Part shown: piece by piece, positions 17,101 through 31,600 of the stretch
How positions within the stretch are numbered: the first letter of the stretch is position 1
How the letters are laid out: the number at the start of each line of letters is the position of its first letter
DNA from: Catajapyx aquilonaris
Lineage: Eukaryota
Direction: 5' to 3'
DNA: 64,000 nt
Assembly: GCA_000934665.2 (NCBI GenBank)
Contig: JYFJ02001435.1
Coordinates: 1-64,000, forward strand
Translations under genes and position numbers: made by a program
Notes under the pieces: model-generated
Told to the model about the DNA's origin: nothing
The model's database searches: none
Seen by the model: the letters and a program-made list of their open reading frames with translations, nothing else

Positions 17101-20100
17101 AGGGAGAGTTACGTGCCTCCCCTCCAGGCCAACGAAGAGGATTGAGGTAATTCCTGTGTACAGTGGTCATTACCTCGTCGGTGTCGTGTGGGCTCGGGGC
17201 AAACAGAATTGACCTTCCGGAAGGAATCAACACTAAAAATAGGTCGTAAATAGCCTAGTATTATTTCCCCTGATGCCCTATATCGGTGGTGGTTTCATTC
17301 ACACGTGACGACATACATACCACCCCCGAGTCTCATGATTGATTCCCAACGTGACCTAACGGTAAGAGTGAACCTGCTTCCTAAGGAAGGAGGAACGATG
17401 TAAAAGGTTATGGAATCGCAATAAAGCTGGCTAAAACGGGGCCATCCTTGACCTCCTCGTATCCTTTCCACTCTCCCGATCATTACTATTCATAGTTGGT
17501 CCCATGGCCAGTTCTACTCCCTCAGGGTGTGCCCCACCAACCGCTTCATAGAGGTCTTTGTCCTTTAACCAGAGCACATGATGTTGACAATCGATGTTAT
17601 TGGACATTTCAAGGTAACTGTCAAGGCAGCCCTGTAGGAGCCAGGTGAATTTCAGATGAAAAAACAGAAATATGACGGAGATGGCCGGAATATTGAAGAA
17701 TCCGGCATATACCGGGGGTACTGTACAGGACAAGTATTACTTTCTTCGGGGAAGCATGACGCAATGGTCGAATCATACCGGTCAGGCCTGGATTTCACTT
17801 CCTCCGCATGCCCTCATTACGTCACCACTATCCAAGAATGTCACTTGGGTGATGTTCGCCACCGCCACCGCTTCTTCGCCGATTTTATGACCTCCTGAAG
17901 AAATTGGGTTTCCAACCCGACCGAACAATAGATCCGCCAAAGACAATGCGCCGCTTTGATAGGTACCGACCCAATTCTACCTTTATTCTCTGCTGGTACC
18001 TGATATCGACAGAGCCCCCTCCAACCCTTTTGGTCACCTAAGCTACTGCGCGATTATTATCCTAAATTCCTAATGGCAGCAGCAAATTGCCTAGGAGGAT
18101 GGGAGGGTCCGCTTGACCGGACACGACTCTGAGAAGTCGTGAGGGACAGTCCGACAGAAATCGGGTCAAACCAGAAAGGTTACTGGAGGAATAGGAAGAA
18201 GGCGAAGGTTGTTGGTGGTCCCAAACCAGGAGCAGGATCAGTGACCGCAGTCATATTGACCTTGGAAAGCGGTTTTGTTTTGTCGTAACTCTATGAATGG
18301 AGTACCCATCAGGGAGATTATGCCAAATGATGTCATACTCTAGTGTTCTTTATGGAATGTATCGTAGGGACAGTTAGGCAAATTGATTCTTCAAAATGTA
18401 GACAGATCCCATCCTGGTCTTATGATCAGCGTTACCTCGTCGTAATTTTGTGAATTGGTTACGCTCAAGCCCGGATGTCTTTATTTGTTTTGCGGCAATT
18501 ATGCAACTCTCTGTGTAGACAAGGCACGCGCCCACGGAAACAAGATGCTCCAAATACAAAAAGTCTCACGGTTTGAGACGAGCGAAAGTGACAGGGAAAG
18601 GACAAGCGAGGAGATCCGAGTCAAATTACAGCGGAGAAAGGAAGTTGGAGAAGCACTGCGAGAGGCCGAATCTAGGCTTCCAAACGGTGCTGCTTTATGA
18701 AAACGAAGCCATTTCTTCGGCCTGACTGAGCAAAGGAGTCACCTGTTTCCCACCGTCCTCTGCATTTGAATTTCCGCGACTGGACTATATGCCTTTTGAA
18801 TAAATCACTGCCCAGTTGACTCAATTGAGCTAATAAACCAGCGAATCTGACAAAGGTTCCAACTGGGGTGAAACGAGAGAGTCTGAGGGGACCTTCTTCC
18901 TGATTCGTTCTTCTTATTTCCTTTTTTCTCCAATTATCTGACAATCGTTGATATTTGGGTCAAGTGGATATGTAGGTAAGAGGGCAAACACTATATTTCT
19001 GTTAGGTTATTTTGCTACAGGTGGTCTTGGCGCACAATGCGTTGTCCTAGGCTACGCAGTGGTTTTTTGTCGAATTGTCTCCGGAGGAAGTCAAATTTCT
19101 CACCTGCCAGTTACCTCAGTGGTCCGAGCAGTCCATATCCACAAATAATTGTTAGGGTAGAGGCCTAGAATGCCAGGTGTGTGTATGGACCTCCCCGGAT
19201 CCAAACGGGATCCGCTTTAGGAACAGTCTCTATGATGAATTGAGGGAGGGTGGTAAAGGTGTCAGTTGGACCAAGGTAACTCCCTCCTCCATATGCATCG
19301 TCTAGAGTCTCTAGACTACGTTTTTAACACCTCTGGAGCCGGACTACCGTTCCGTGAGCTGAACAGCTTCATTCATGCCTCATGTGTGAATTAATGTCAC
19401 TTTACGGTTCGTCCTTATTCCAGATATTATGAAGAGATGTATGTGGTTCGACCTGGTTATGCCGATTATTTTTAGATTTAAACATGTATGTAAAACATAT
19501 ACGTAATGACCTAGATGAAAATATTGGACGAAGTGACCATGACGAAGTGGGTATTATTTTACATTGTACCAGCACAAAAGAGTGTTTGCTGGCATAAAAA
19601 ATTTTAAGGTCACTCTGGTATCAAGGGTTAATTTTCTCTGCATTGAAGGTTGATAGAAACCCATTTGAAAGACCATAAAGTGTTACACTTAACCATATAA
19701 AGTACTTGACATTTTTATTGCCAGTCGTAGCAGTTTTAATGTGCAGGGGCATATTCTTGCGACGAAAGATCGCTTCACGGTGGGCTGGGCAATATATAAA
19801 TCGCTTATAAATTTATGCCGGTTAATAGTGGGAAATTTTGTACACCACATTCTCAGTAACGTACCGCATAACGTCCAGATTATAAAACCTTCGAAAACTG
19901 TGCTTGGAATGTTTTGTTCACAATCAACTATGCACAAAACGAAACTTTTTTTTCCAAGAGTAATATCAATATATTGTACTTGAATTTTTACAATAAATTA
20001 AATAACATTGCAGCTCTTTTATTTAATAGGCCCTGTATATTCCCCACAATCAAGTGTCCCTCCAACATTGCTTGAAGCAGCAAAGTCTAGGCCAAGGTTT

Positions 20101-20516
20101 CAAGTCCAGAAATGTGCTGGTGAACGAGATGACTTCGCGGATTCGCATAATGTAGTAAGCTGAATGACTAAAATGTGCTCAAGAATGTGTATGAGCTGAT
20201 CCTCCTCGTGTCATTTACTTCTTGCCTAAATAAAAAATTAATACATTACTCATTCAATATCCACATAAAATTCGTCAGTTAATCCACCAAATACTTTTCC
20301 ATATCAAATTTGGTCTCCCTGCACCTTGCGTCTTTTCAATTTCTCCTTAAGCACATTATGAACGGTTTGAGCGAAATTTGCACCCATTGTAATCTGGCGA
20401 AGAGCAAGAAGAAGAGCCTCCGCAGCAAAAGCCATCCAAGCCAGCTAGTTTGGATTAACTGTATTCATCCGTCTAGTGTGGGTCAGAGGCTCTCTTTGGG
20501 CTCTTGTAGGTGGCCG

Positions 20517-20700
20517 TATAAAACCAGCAGACGTCGGGCGGCGCGGGACCACTTGCGCCTCTACTAGGCCAACGGGACTTTAAGCCAGGCGTCAGGTTCT
20601 GACTTCTTACCACATTTGCACACTCACGCACATACCGACACAAATCGGAGGGACGGACGTACGGGGCCCCACTTAAAGGAGAAGAGGGCTGCACCACCAG
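20517..20700 (+). promoter_or_regulatory. Candidate TATA promoter and non-coding first exon of the dusky-like gene
   Basis: TATAAAA at 20517-20523, Inr-like CCACTT about 33 nt downstream, and donor CAG|GTGGGG at 20700/20701. A matching acceptor TTTTATTGCAG| at 22650 precedes the ATG exon. Confidence 0.35.
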
Positions 20701-22686
20701 GTGGGGGGGTTGGTTGGTGGATGTTGATGTGCTCCAGGAAGAGGCGGCTTGGGATCATTGCTTCTTGGACATCAGGACTTGACAGGTTGGTGCCTTCTGA
20801 GGGTGACTGTCGGAAAAGATTTGGACCCATCGGGTGCGGACACAGTGACAATCAGTGTGGCGTGTGACGTGTGAAGAGTGACATTGGCCATCTACAAGGA
20901 GGATTTTATGCAGTGAAGCGGCAAGTGGAATATTTTCGGAGGATTTTTTTTTCTTTTTGGGTCCAAATATTTTCCAATGGCATATTGTAAAGCCGAGATG
21001 TGCAACCAGAAATATTGCGAATTTGTTAAATTTTAGCGACATTTGTTTTAAACTTTATAACAGTTTTAATAATTCATTTCCAATACGATTTGAAACCAGG
21101 CTAGCCACCAAGCGATTGACCCTGGTCACAATCCAGTGGAATACACAACCGAGGGAAACAATCGGCACTGGTTATCCGGTTGCTCATTCCAATGGCCTAC
21201 ATTATTTCTAGTTGCACTGCTTTCATTGATCTGTAGTTTTTAAAAAATTATACGTACCGTATATGTAAATATATTGCCAGAGTTTGTGTTTGTAAAAAAA
21301 TTATTTTATTATTTATTTTATTTAACTTATCCAGTTAGAGGTCGTAACCCTTTTAGTGGAATACATGAAATAATGTAACTACTTCAATTTGAAAAAATGG
21401 CACTCCAGCATGGGAGAACAGGTCTATTATTTTATAATTACAATGTATTTACTTATCACAAAATTCAACCAAATGGCATATTCTATTAGTCATAAATATT
21501 TGGTAATAACTTGACAGGAGGATCTTATCTGAAGTGGAAGAACAAGGTTCTTACGGGATACCAATTAACAGCAGGAATCATGTTATTGACACTGATGCAT
21601 CCGTAAAAATTAATTAACATCTGCACGCTCTGGAGGGTACTGGAGCAGCAGCCTGGAGTTGGAACAAAAAGAGATGATAAAAAAGATATGGCCTTGTTAG
21701 TTCCCAACCGGTACGCATTTACGACTATTAATTGCGTCAACCTACAAACAGCAATACACTCCGCCCAACAATGGAGCCGTCTGACACTGGGCCATCAGAT
21801 ACCCGCATTCCTGTCCGAGTATCGCAATTACGTAAAGGGACAAAGGCTTCCTCGTGCATGAAAGAACAAGCACTCCAGAGATAGAGTGGCCGTGACCCAG
21901 AGACAAACCTGTGTTTCAACGACCTCCCAAGCGGCGTTGACATTAGCAATGACAATGACCGTCTTTTTGGCGAGACCGCCGCCGCCGCCGTGAGAAGGTC
22001 AATTTGCAACGTGTGGTCTCGCTCTCTCACGTCTATCGGGTCACAGGCGTGGTCACATCATGTATTTAATAGACTGTTGTCGAAGTAGGCTAAGAGGAAG
22101 AATGATCTCACGATTCTTATCATTCTTGTTACGTGGCCATTTGAAGATGCAATGCCCGGATTCGGATGGTTGGGTCCGACAAGGGTTCGCCACCGGAAAG
22201 AAACTAACCGAACGACATTGTGTCTTTTTGAAATGGTTAGTGGAGCATACACATTTCTTTGATATCCGACTGGCTCACTGCAACGATCCGGAATCATATG
22301 CCCTTTGGATGAAATGTTTCGACGGACTGAAAGTGGACCGTATAGTGAGAAGATGAGTCTCTTTGATGACATGACACTTTCGCCTTTACTGGAGTGTGAC
22401 ACTGCTCGACATACGCTTGGGGTCAGCAGGGAAATGAATGGACAGTTCGGAAGAGAGATCAAGTGTTGTTGGAAGGTTTTTCAATTCTCTGGGTCGCCAG
22501 AATGGCTGGGAGTGACAATGAAGATGAAGAGGATGGTTGGGAGAATCAAAGGGCATCGGAAATGTTCGGTTGTGGGAAGGTGCATGATGTGATGGTTAGA
22601 CGTACGGGGGATAAGAGTATGGTTGTAACAGAGAGCTGCTTTTATTGCAGGGCGTGCAGAAACGTATCCAGTGCCTTTGCTGGAGC

Positions 22687-25600
22687 ATGATTGTGGCCAA
22701 ACTCCTCCTGGCCGCCCTGCTGCTGGCAGTAGGGGTGAGTATCATTCATTGCTTTTCTTTGTCTGAATCTGGAGCACATGAACATTCTCAGTCATCCAGT
22801 TTATTTTACTGCTGGTAAAAAAAAAAAACATAATTACAAGTCAATGTGAAAGAATTACGTTAGAGCTTTTCCAGCATGTAAACTGTGTGCCTCAGTCCAG
22901 AACGTCAGTGACCTTTCACCTGTGTATGTTATAAGCTCTTTAATTGTTCAATTCTTGCATAATATATTCAATAGCATCAATTCAGAACCAGCAGCCAAAT
23001 AAATATGTTTTGCACATATATAACCATGTTGTCTTGTTACTTATTAACTATTAAAATGGACTGCAGTGCTTTTGTCATTTTAATAGCTTACGGATCCTTT
23101 TTTTTTGTGAAGTATAATTTTGTTCTGACCAAGTAACAACTTACTTCTCCAGTCAAGTGGAGCAAATAGGATTTGCGGCATGAACTACCCTGCGCCATAT
23201 AAAGGAGATGACTTGCCGCAGTAAAAGAGAACATTCACAGATAATTGGCGAAAAATTAGCGGAACATTTCGCCATGTAATTTCATGGAAACCGGTAAAAA
23301 TAATAACCTACGTGGCATTAATACGCTTGTCTTCAAAAGCACTTGTTATCTACGCATTTAGCTTTACTCCAGATAATTTGACCTTGGCCCATGTATTGTG
23401 GAGCATGTGGAAGCTGAGAATGTGTTTGGTCTCGCATGTCCATTAGGCTGAGATTGATAAATTGAAAATGTTATTTCCTAAACTGCCGCAGTTTACTAAT
23501 ATAATGCAATAACATCAATAAGCCCATGTAGTTTTCGTGCTCGACTGCTCGAGTAAAACGCTTGGGAAATCAGTATGGATAACTGAATTAACTATAGGTC
23601 ATTATAAATGCTAGAGAAAGCAACAAATTCTTTAACATACGTATATGCAGCGAGTGTAGGCCTAATTACGATAATTATTTTGAACCAATCTGGATTATTT
23701 TCTATTAGTAAAAATTACGCCGGAGAGACCGATTGGGTGACATTGTGTGATGAAATGTAAATCCAAAACAAGTGGTTTTTTTACGGTTTATTTCAAAAAT
23801 ATTAAACTATAAATAACATGGATCAGCCACTTTTCCTGATTCAGCGACGAGTGGGTCACCTTTGGTCACATGAACTTTATTTATCCGGAGAATCATGTTA
23901 CAAGCATCATGACCAACACTATTATTTTATAGTAGGCTACTTCTTATTATTATATATGTCATCTGTTAAAATAGGTTTAGCGGAACTATCCTAGAGCTAG
24001 TAACCCTCTCCGCTCCGCCCCCACGTAGTGACCTTTGAAGACTGTTTGCGGTTGTATAGCTACAACCTACAAGACACACTTGGCAGAAACCTTCTTAAAA
24101 AAAACAATTTATCTATGAATTTCCTTGTGCTGTATCAGAGTCGTTGTAGGTCATGAGAGTAAGTGCTGACAGGCTCGAAATATACAGTAAATCTGAAGAA
24201 ACATGGTCGTGCTCCCAAATTGAGAAAGACCGCGTGGGAACAGTAACTAAGTCGAGTGACTCTATGAGTGACATATCTCAAGAGTATTCCCATCGACCTT
24301 GCCACGTCCGACAACCTGTTGAGTATCGTATAACCAAGCGTGGCCATTGACCCAGGCAGGAATCACATGATAAGTTTTTTCTCTTCTTCGCAAGAGATGA
24401 TATGCAAACTCGCGCAAGACAAGCCAATCCAGTTTTTGACGGACATGTCGTCGAATACGACCTTGGATGAGTGACCACTTTTCACCCGGCTCTTATTCTC
24501 TTCCTATGGAAAAAGTATAGAAAATCTGGGCTAAGAAAAAACCGCGAACCGGAACCTTTCGATAGACCAGTTGATCTGGAACTTGCAGTCCGTGCACTAA
24601 TTGGCCAATCGCAATCCACACAGGGCCACTCACTGACAAGCCGGTTCGAAGGTGGTGCTTGGGGAACTATCGCCGACAATGAAACGGAACAATGCTGTTG
24701 AGTCTTCGGCGGGTGTGGTTGTGTGGCCCAGACAATGGCCCCACCCCGCCATTGCATTCCAGTGACCTGGAGGATGAGCACTTCATTTTCGTTTAGCATG
24801 TGACTGACGTCACTGAACTAGCAGAAGAAGATGGTAGGGTGGTAGGGTAGAGGGGGATGGATGGAGATCCTGGGGTTGGACCAGCCGGCCTCATGTGGCC
24901 CAATTCCCGTGTGTTCCGGACGCTTCCTTGTTTGGCGGGTTATGAGAGGGCTGTTTGCTGCCATAGGGTTGGTGCTTGGCTGCACGTGCATTTTAGGCTA
25001 TGCAACCATACAGCCTCACCTATATTTCATATTCATCATACAGCAGATATTTTGCTAGGAAGGATGACTGTGTCAGAAAGAATGCAATGAATGGTGTTAT
25101 AGGGATTGATCAGGCGTATCATGCTTACATGGTGCACATGCATAAAGATGAGTCGGCCTTACATTGAGATACGGTACTTCCTAAACACTGTCTAATGAAC
25201 CTTAATTAACGATTGAAGTGATGGCCATGACACAGATAAAAACATAACGGTCAAAAGAGCACGGTGACCAAGAAACGTTTCAATTTGCATAAAAAGTGTT
25301 ATTGCAAAATCTTGCAAATTTATTGCAATGATGATTAAAGGGATTGGTGCTAAACCCGGCATTTCCTATTCCTCTTTTGATTAGTCGAGCAATAAATATC
25401 TGCAGAAAGTTATGTAAAAAAACGGTCTACTAAATGTACAATTTTTGCACGCTATAACTTTAATTATGCAAATGATTGACATTGGGGCTGCCAAATCATT
25501 AATGCAGGACGCAATTTTGATTAGGCGTCGTTCTATCTATTTTTAAGGGAGTGGGGCCGTTTTGTGTCACACAGTCTTTGAAAAACGTAGGAATGGAAAC

Positions 25601-28600
25601 CCCCACTTAGGAAATAAGCCAAATAAAGGGAGTATTTTGGCATTAATAAAGTCATGGCAAAATACTAGTCTGACCTTTTTTGCCATATACTGAGCAAAAT
25701 ATCAGCGCTATTTTATTTGCTTGGCAGTGAAAAAATACGCTAAATCTATATGGATTGAAATGTAAAGATTTCCCTTTGACGCTTTGACGCTGAAGCTTAT
25801 TAGGAAAACATTACTGTATTACTAATATTTTCTCCTTCAGTTGTCAGGGTCAGGCTGTGATATGAGAATTTTTGTGCCCTATAGTGTATATCCTTGCTAT
25901 ATAGGCTTGAATGCAGATAATTAGGAAAATAACAGATACTGGTATGCTCCATTTTACGACACTCCATTTTTAAGACGTTTCACATCTTTTTTAAACTATT
26001 TAAAAACGATTTTTTTTTAAATAACAAAGAACTGAAATATTGACACACCGCTGCAACACCTTTGAGTCCATACACACTATAAGCGCTTTAGTTATAATGT
26101 TGCCAAAAATGTAGGCTAATAATTCCATTCCATTCCATGAGTCCATATTGCAAATTTTCGTACTTGTATGAGGGGTATAGCCAGCTCAGACGAAGGAATG
26201 GCAAGAAATAACTTGCAGCACTCTTCACCACCTCATAGGACCAGACACCAGCCATGAATAATCTCAGGTGCATTGTTCTTATATGCATGCAGTATAGTAT
26301 AAGGATGATCGCAGGATTACACAAATGTATAAAAATCTGTGATAAACGCGGTTAAACGTCTTTTAAAATGTATGAAACACTTGAGAAAACCATCACTTCA
26401 GCATGCTGGCTAATCGAATAAAGACCACTCATACAAGTATAATTCCGGAACTCAGCTGCTATATATGACAAGGTCGAAGCAAACAATAATATATTATTAT
26501 ACATGCGTACTGTACATGTGACTAAATTCTCTGCCAAGCAGCTCAATATATTGCTGAGTTAGAAATTTGATTTGCGGCTTTTTACAGTAGGTTCTGCGTC
26601 AAAGGACGTTTTCTTAGCCTAGTAAACAACGCACAAAAAATAATACTCACAAAGCTCCTGGTTTCTCCCAAGTGAGCTTTGTAAGTATCATTGTGTGGCA
26701 GAATCTTCTAAAGGTCGATTGTGAGAAGGTGGTGGTTGCGGGTAGATGTATGAATGGGTGGGATGACACTATTCATCTGCTGGACTCAATTTTAGCGTAG
26801 TGTAGTAGCATAGAGTTTTCATTCTCACTCGAAATCTATGGTTTACAAGTATTAGGAGAAACATGAAAGTATTTATATGCCTTAAACATGGCAGAGAGAA
26901 TAGGGTAAAATACTTTTTCCTCATATTTTAATAAGATATCATGCAATAAAATTATTTGATTCCTCTCCCTGTGTTAATTTTTCAACTGTTGAATATGCAC
27001 TGTACGCATTATTAGGGATAAAGAGAGCACTATTGCTCACAATCAGTCTATAGTCTCTAGTACTATTTTCTTTTTCATTTAATCGTCACGTTTTATTGAA
27101 GCGCAACAATGAGATATTAGTAATGAAATTAACCAACAATCAACACTGAAAATGCTAAAATTAATCAAAATATTGACCAATGAAATAACCAACCAAACAA
27201 CCAACGCACTATTTATAGTTTTTCATTAATATTTCGACATTTTATCAAAGTTCTTTGATGCAACTGCTTCGATAATCACTCCATGGATCATTCAGAATGT
27301 GCATACACAAAAGCAGTCTGGTGAATATTTTGAGATGTATGTTGTACTTTGTTATTTTATTTGTTTGTTAAAAAATTAGGAAATGCTGTTACCTTTCGAG
27401 AATATTACTTTAGGACAGCAGTCATTCCCGTTGGACGTAAAATATGCAAGACAGATTTAGTGTAATTTCAACTCGATGGTCACCTTATTATATAAAATTT
27501 CTGGCCTTTATATACCGCTTAGCATAAACTAGAAGAACTATTGTACTGCAGGATAACCAATACTAAGAAAATCATCTCATTTGAGATTTTGACAGGTTTT
27601 AACATATGTACAGGTATAGTTTGCAAATGCTTCCTGCTGTACATTACACTTTCTGCGATTCGGAAAATCTTTGGCAAACCTTTCAGGTTTTTAGGTACTG
27701 CCTACATTATTATAACTCTTAACATTCAACCGAAGGCAGATTTTCACTACAGAAAATTAATAATAACACTTGAATAGCAGTGGAAACCACAGATTTCTAC
27801 AATATTGGTCACTAAAAAGAGGTTTTAAGGCCCATTCTGCTCCATTATGAAGATCGTGCCTCACTGGCTAAGTTTTTCTTTGTAGTAACACATTGATACC
27901 ATGGTGGGGACAATAATTTTCTTGAGGAATTACATGCCTACGTGCTTGATTAGTTTTGCAATATCATTTGACAATTTTGCAAGTATGATTAGACAAAATA
28001 ATGTTAATGCGTCTGAATACTCGTCCTTATTTCCCTTTAACTCTATTGGCCCTAAAAGTTCAACAAGCAGAATAATAATATTATTTTTAAACTGCCGGTG
28101 TCCTCAAACTTAACAAATGCTAATATTCTTCCCCAAATTACAAACTTCTACCAAATCACACCCCGGATTGCTGACTCCCATTATTTTGTAACACCAGAGA
28201 AGCGTATCCTGGTGGAGAGCATGCCCTCTAAATTCCCTCGTGCATGACCTCTAAGTGAATTGGTGGTGATTATGCACAGGTTAGCACTCGCTCTTCCGGA
28301 AATCGACAAGTAGAGACAACATTTCCACCAAAATAGAGCATCCTCTTCAGTCTTTTGGCAAAATGCCACAAACTTTCTTCTTACAAAAAATGGTACAAGA
28401 TCTGATGGTGGGCTTTATTGTGAGTGTGAAAGATTGGTCCTGTTGCTCACTCTCCCTAGCAAATACCAGTCTTGATGCAATGAGAGGATGAGGGGGAAAG
28501 GTAAGAACAAGGCAGAGGAGGGAGGGGGTAAGAAAGGGGGGGGGGGGGGTGAACGGTCAGCATGGAAGGCGGCCAAACAGCCAGACTTGTGTAGTTCAGG

Positions 28601-31600
28601 CCACCAGCGGCCATCGCCAGTCTCCAAACGTTGAACTTGACCCACCTTTATTCAAGTGGAGGGGGAAGTGAAGCCAGAGGGGGTGGGGGACAACTTGTTA
28701 CAAGGGACTTATTATTCTGATTTACTTCAGATAATGAATGCAACAGAATATACGTAATGAAAAGTTGTTGCAACTTTTGATGTCATAATCATTGGATATC
28801 CAGGGACAGGCCATTAGCTACCCAATTTTATTAATTTCCTCTATTATACTGTAAAAAAATCCGCCCCACCAGGGGATCGAACTCAGGACCATTGAGGTGG
28901 AAGGCTATAGAGCCAGTGACGACAAAAATAGGGCCTCTTGCACTCTCTGGCAAACCCGGAAATATTTTGGAACGAGAAATGATTTTTCTGATAAGTGGGT
29001 ATGGCGTGTAATTGGTGTGTTGTCACTACCAAATATCCGGGGACAAAGTGGGCTTTAAAATTTACTGCTTTAAATTGACATATTGTGCACTTCAAACAGA
29101 CCGTTACAGCCATAAATTCTCAACGGGCCTAATATGCAAACAGTAATATTTTCAGGTGATGTTACAATTGTCTGTTTATTTTTCAAACAGCAAGTTTAGA
29201 AGAGGTTACTGTATGTGGCCCGGATAAGAAGGTGAAGAACTCAGGAATTTCTTTCCAAGTTCAGACCGCTACTGGCCTCAAAAGTCTGGCAGGTTCTTTA
29301 ACTGCCGACGCTCCTCCCCCTTCACCCCCCACCCATCACACTCACTCACACACTCTCGAATGTACGTAGTCCCCATGAGAAACCCACCCACCACCCCACA
29401 CTTGACCTCTGCAGGTGTCAACAATGAAATGGGATAATAAGTAAACGAGAAAAAATTTCTACCTGTTCTCATAATGCGTTGTGATAAAGAGCACTTTTTG
29501 AATTTTAATATCAGTGGCCTTTGAAAGAAACTAATGTTCATATCCATATCGCATGATCAAGTGTCATCTGCAACAGCACAGTAAATTGCGTCACCTCTTG
29601 TGTCCTTTTTCGTAACTCCAGGATATGCCTATGGCAAGTTTCAAGCCCTTTGCCAAGTAGTTTGGGAGCTGGATTCCCACTACGAATGTAAGCAGAGAAT
29701 GTGGGTCAGCAGTTATGTGGCCGAAGTGCAAGGTAATGGGGAAAGGTTGATGAGGAAGCAGGTGTGAGTTTACACAATGCATGTCGGCCAACTAGAAATA
29801 GGATATATAACTTCAAGGAACTTCTTTATTAACGAATAGTTTGAAGGCATACCGGACATTGATGGATTGTGATGTGCTTGCTGCAATGGGTCGTCATTCC
29901 TGCACGGGAAAATGCCTTTAGCGTGACTGCATAGCATGTACATCGAAGTTCACACGGTGTAATCTAAACTCTTCAAGTTGTTATGCTGATATGATCAAAA
30001 TACAAATAATGTTTTGCATGCAATAGTTTTGGTGTAATGTCATTCTTTAAACAAAATTATTGTCAATCTATTGCTCTAATATATGCCAATAACGGCAATG
30101 CAAATATAAAGCAGGTACTGTTTCGGCTTTGGTACACTTTTTATCGTCATTAATCAAAGCAGCTCTCAGGAATGGAGCCCACCCAAACTTTTCTGCTGTC
30201 ACCTATAATCCCAATCTCTCAGTGCCCGCTCATACAATAATCCCCGTTATCCCACCCGCATTTCATTAACCGGTCAATGGTCATTAAAGATCTTGCACTG
30301 ACCGCCAAAAATCACTCTAGGCGATAAAAGACGAATGAAACGAGGGCTTCCTGAGACAGTAAAGAAATTAGATATGACCAAGTGGGTGCCGTAATCCTTC
30401 TTCTCCGTGGCAGTAGGGCTAGACATTGCTTCAGGCGACTTGAGACATGGACAAAAAAAAAAGAGTCAGGCTGTCTATAAATAGGTAAAGGATATCAACA
30501 TTGGTAAGCGGAGCATTGACCGAGTGCCGGAGATGGGCAAAAAAAATAACTGCTATTTCACGATGATGCTGGAAGGGATTCCGGGTCCACCATGCATATA
30601 CAGACACACCTCTTTTTCTACTTTATTATTTTCTATAGGCACTTTAGTTCAGGATAGACACAGAACACTTGCAAATTGGGTGGAGTGGCTCATAAATGTC
30701 AGTGATTCCATTCGCTAAAGTGCTTGTGAAGCAATTAAATTTTCGCGAATTCTTGCTGCTGACGCGGCTTGAAGAAATATGTTGCCATTTGAATGTAACA
30801 AAGTGCTAAAATCTTGTGAGAGAAAAGCTTACAAAGAGTGGAGAAACACAAGGGATCAAAATCTTGGGGCATTATACCACGCTCTTGACCAACATATTTC
30901 AACTGGATCTTCCTCCTCCTCCTCCTTCATGGTGCAATTACATGTAACTGTGTTTGACAGATTCAGGCGCACGATCGACCCCTTGAAGCCAAGAAGACAT
31001 GGTTATATCACCATGTAATAATCTACCAAGTCCATTGAAGCATACAGTGCACCCGAGCATTACTTCAATCGATACATCCCGACTTGATAGACTATATTGC
31101 TTTGTTTAATATGAGGAATTTTCTAGTTGTGATGGTCTATTTCCTTTCTAGTTGGCTCTTGCCGAGGAGAACAGCAATGACGAATCGGTGATGGTCGTGG
31201 AAGGTGTCCCCGCCAGAGTGGAAGAAATTCCGGGACTCCAGGATGCCCAGGAAAGAGAAGATCATCTCATTGACGGCAACGACGCGGAAGACTTTCAAGA
31301 CCAATTAGCTGTAGAAACATCGCTAGACGAAAAGGGGGTCCACGTCGAGCTTCCACCTCCTGGTTATGGGCCTCCTAATCAGGGATATGGCCCACCCCAC
31401 AAGCAGCACTTTCCTCCTCCCCCGGTGCCAATCCCTGTCCCATTGCCTCTCCCGGGGATTCCTGCAAATATTGTCCTTCCGTCTTTACCACAGCAGAAAG
31501 TAGCCCATCATCCTCCCCCGCCACCTCCTCATAAAGGGTATGGTCCTCCACAGCCTGTATACAGACCACCGCCTCCAGGTGGACACCACAAGCATCCTCC

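Noticed and set aside
19323..19631. Possible piggyBac-like element (AAGGG-TTAA end near 19623-19631)
   Set aside because: No matching inverted terminus on the left side.
21737..22690. Cluster of 75-134 aa ORFs on both strands upstream of the dusky ATG exon
   Set aside because: No recognisable domain or coherent exon chain; most likely intronic or regulatory DNA.
28490..28550. G-rich tracts (also near 15935 and 39970) as possible G-quadruplexes
   Set aside because: Simple homopolymer-rich sequence with no evidence of function.
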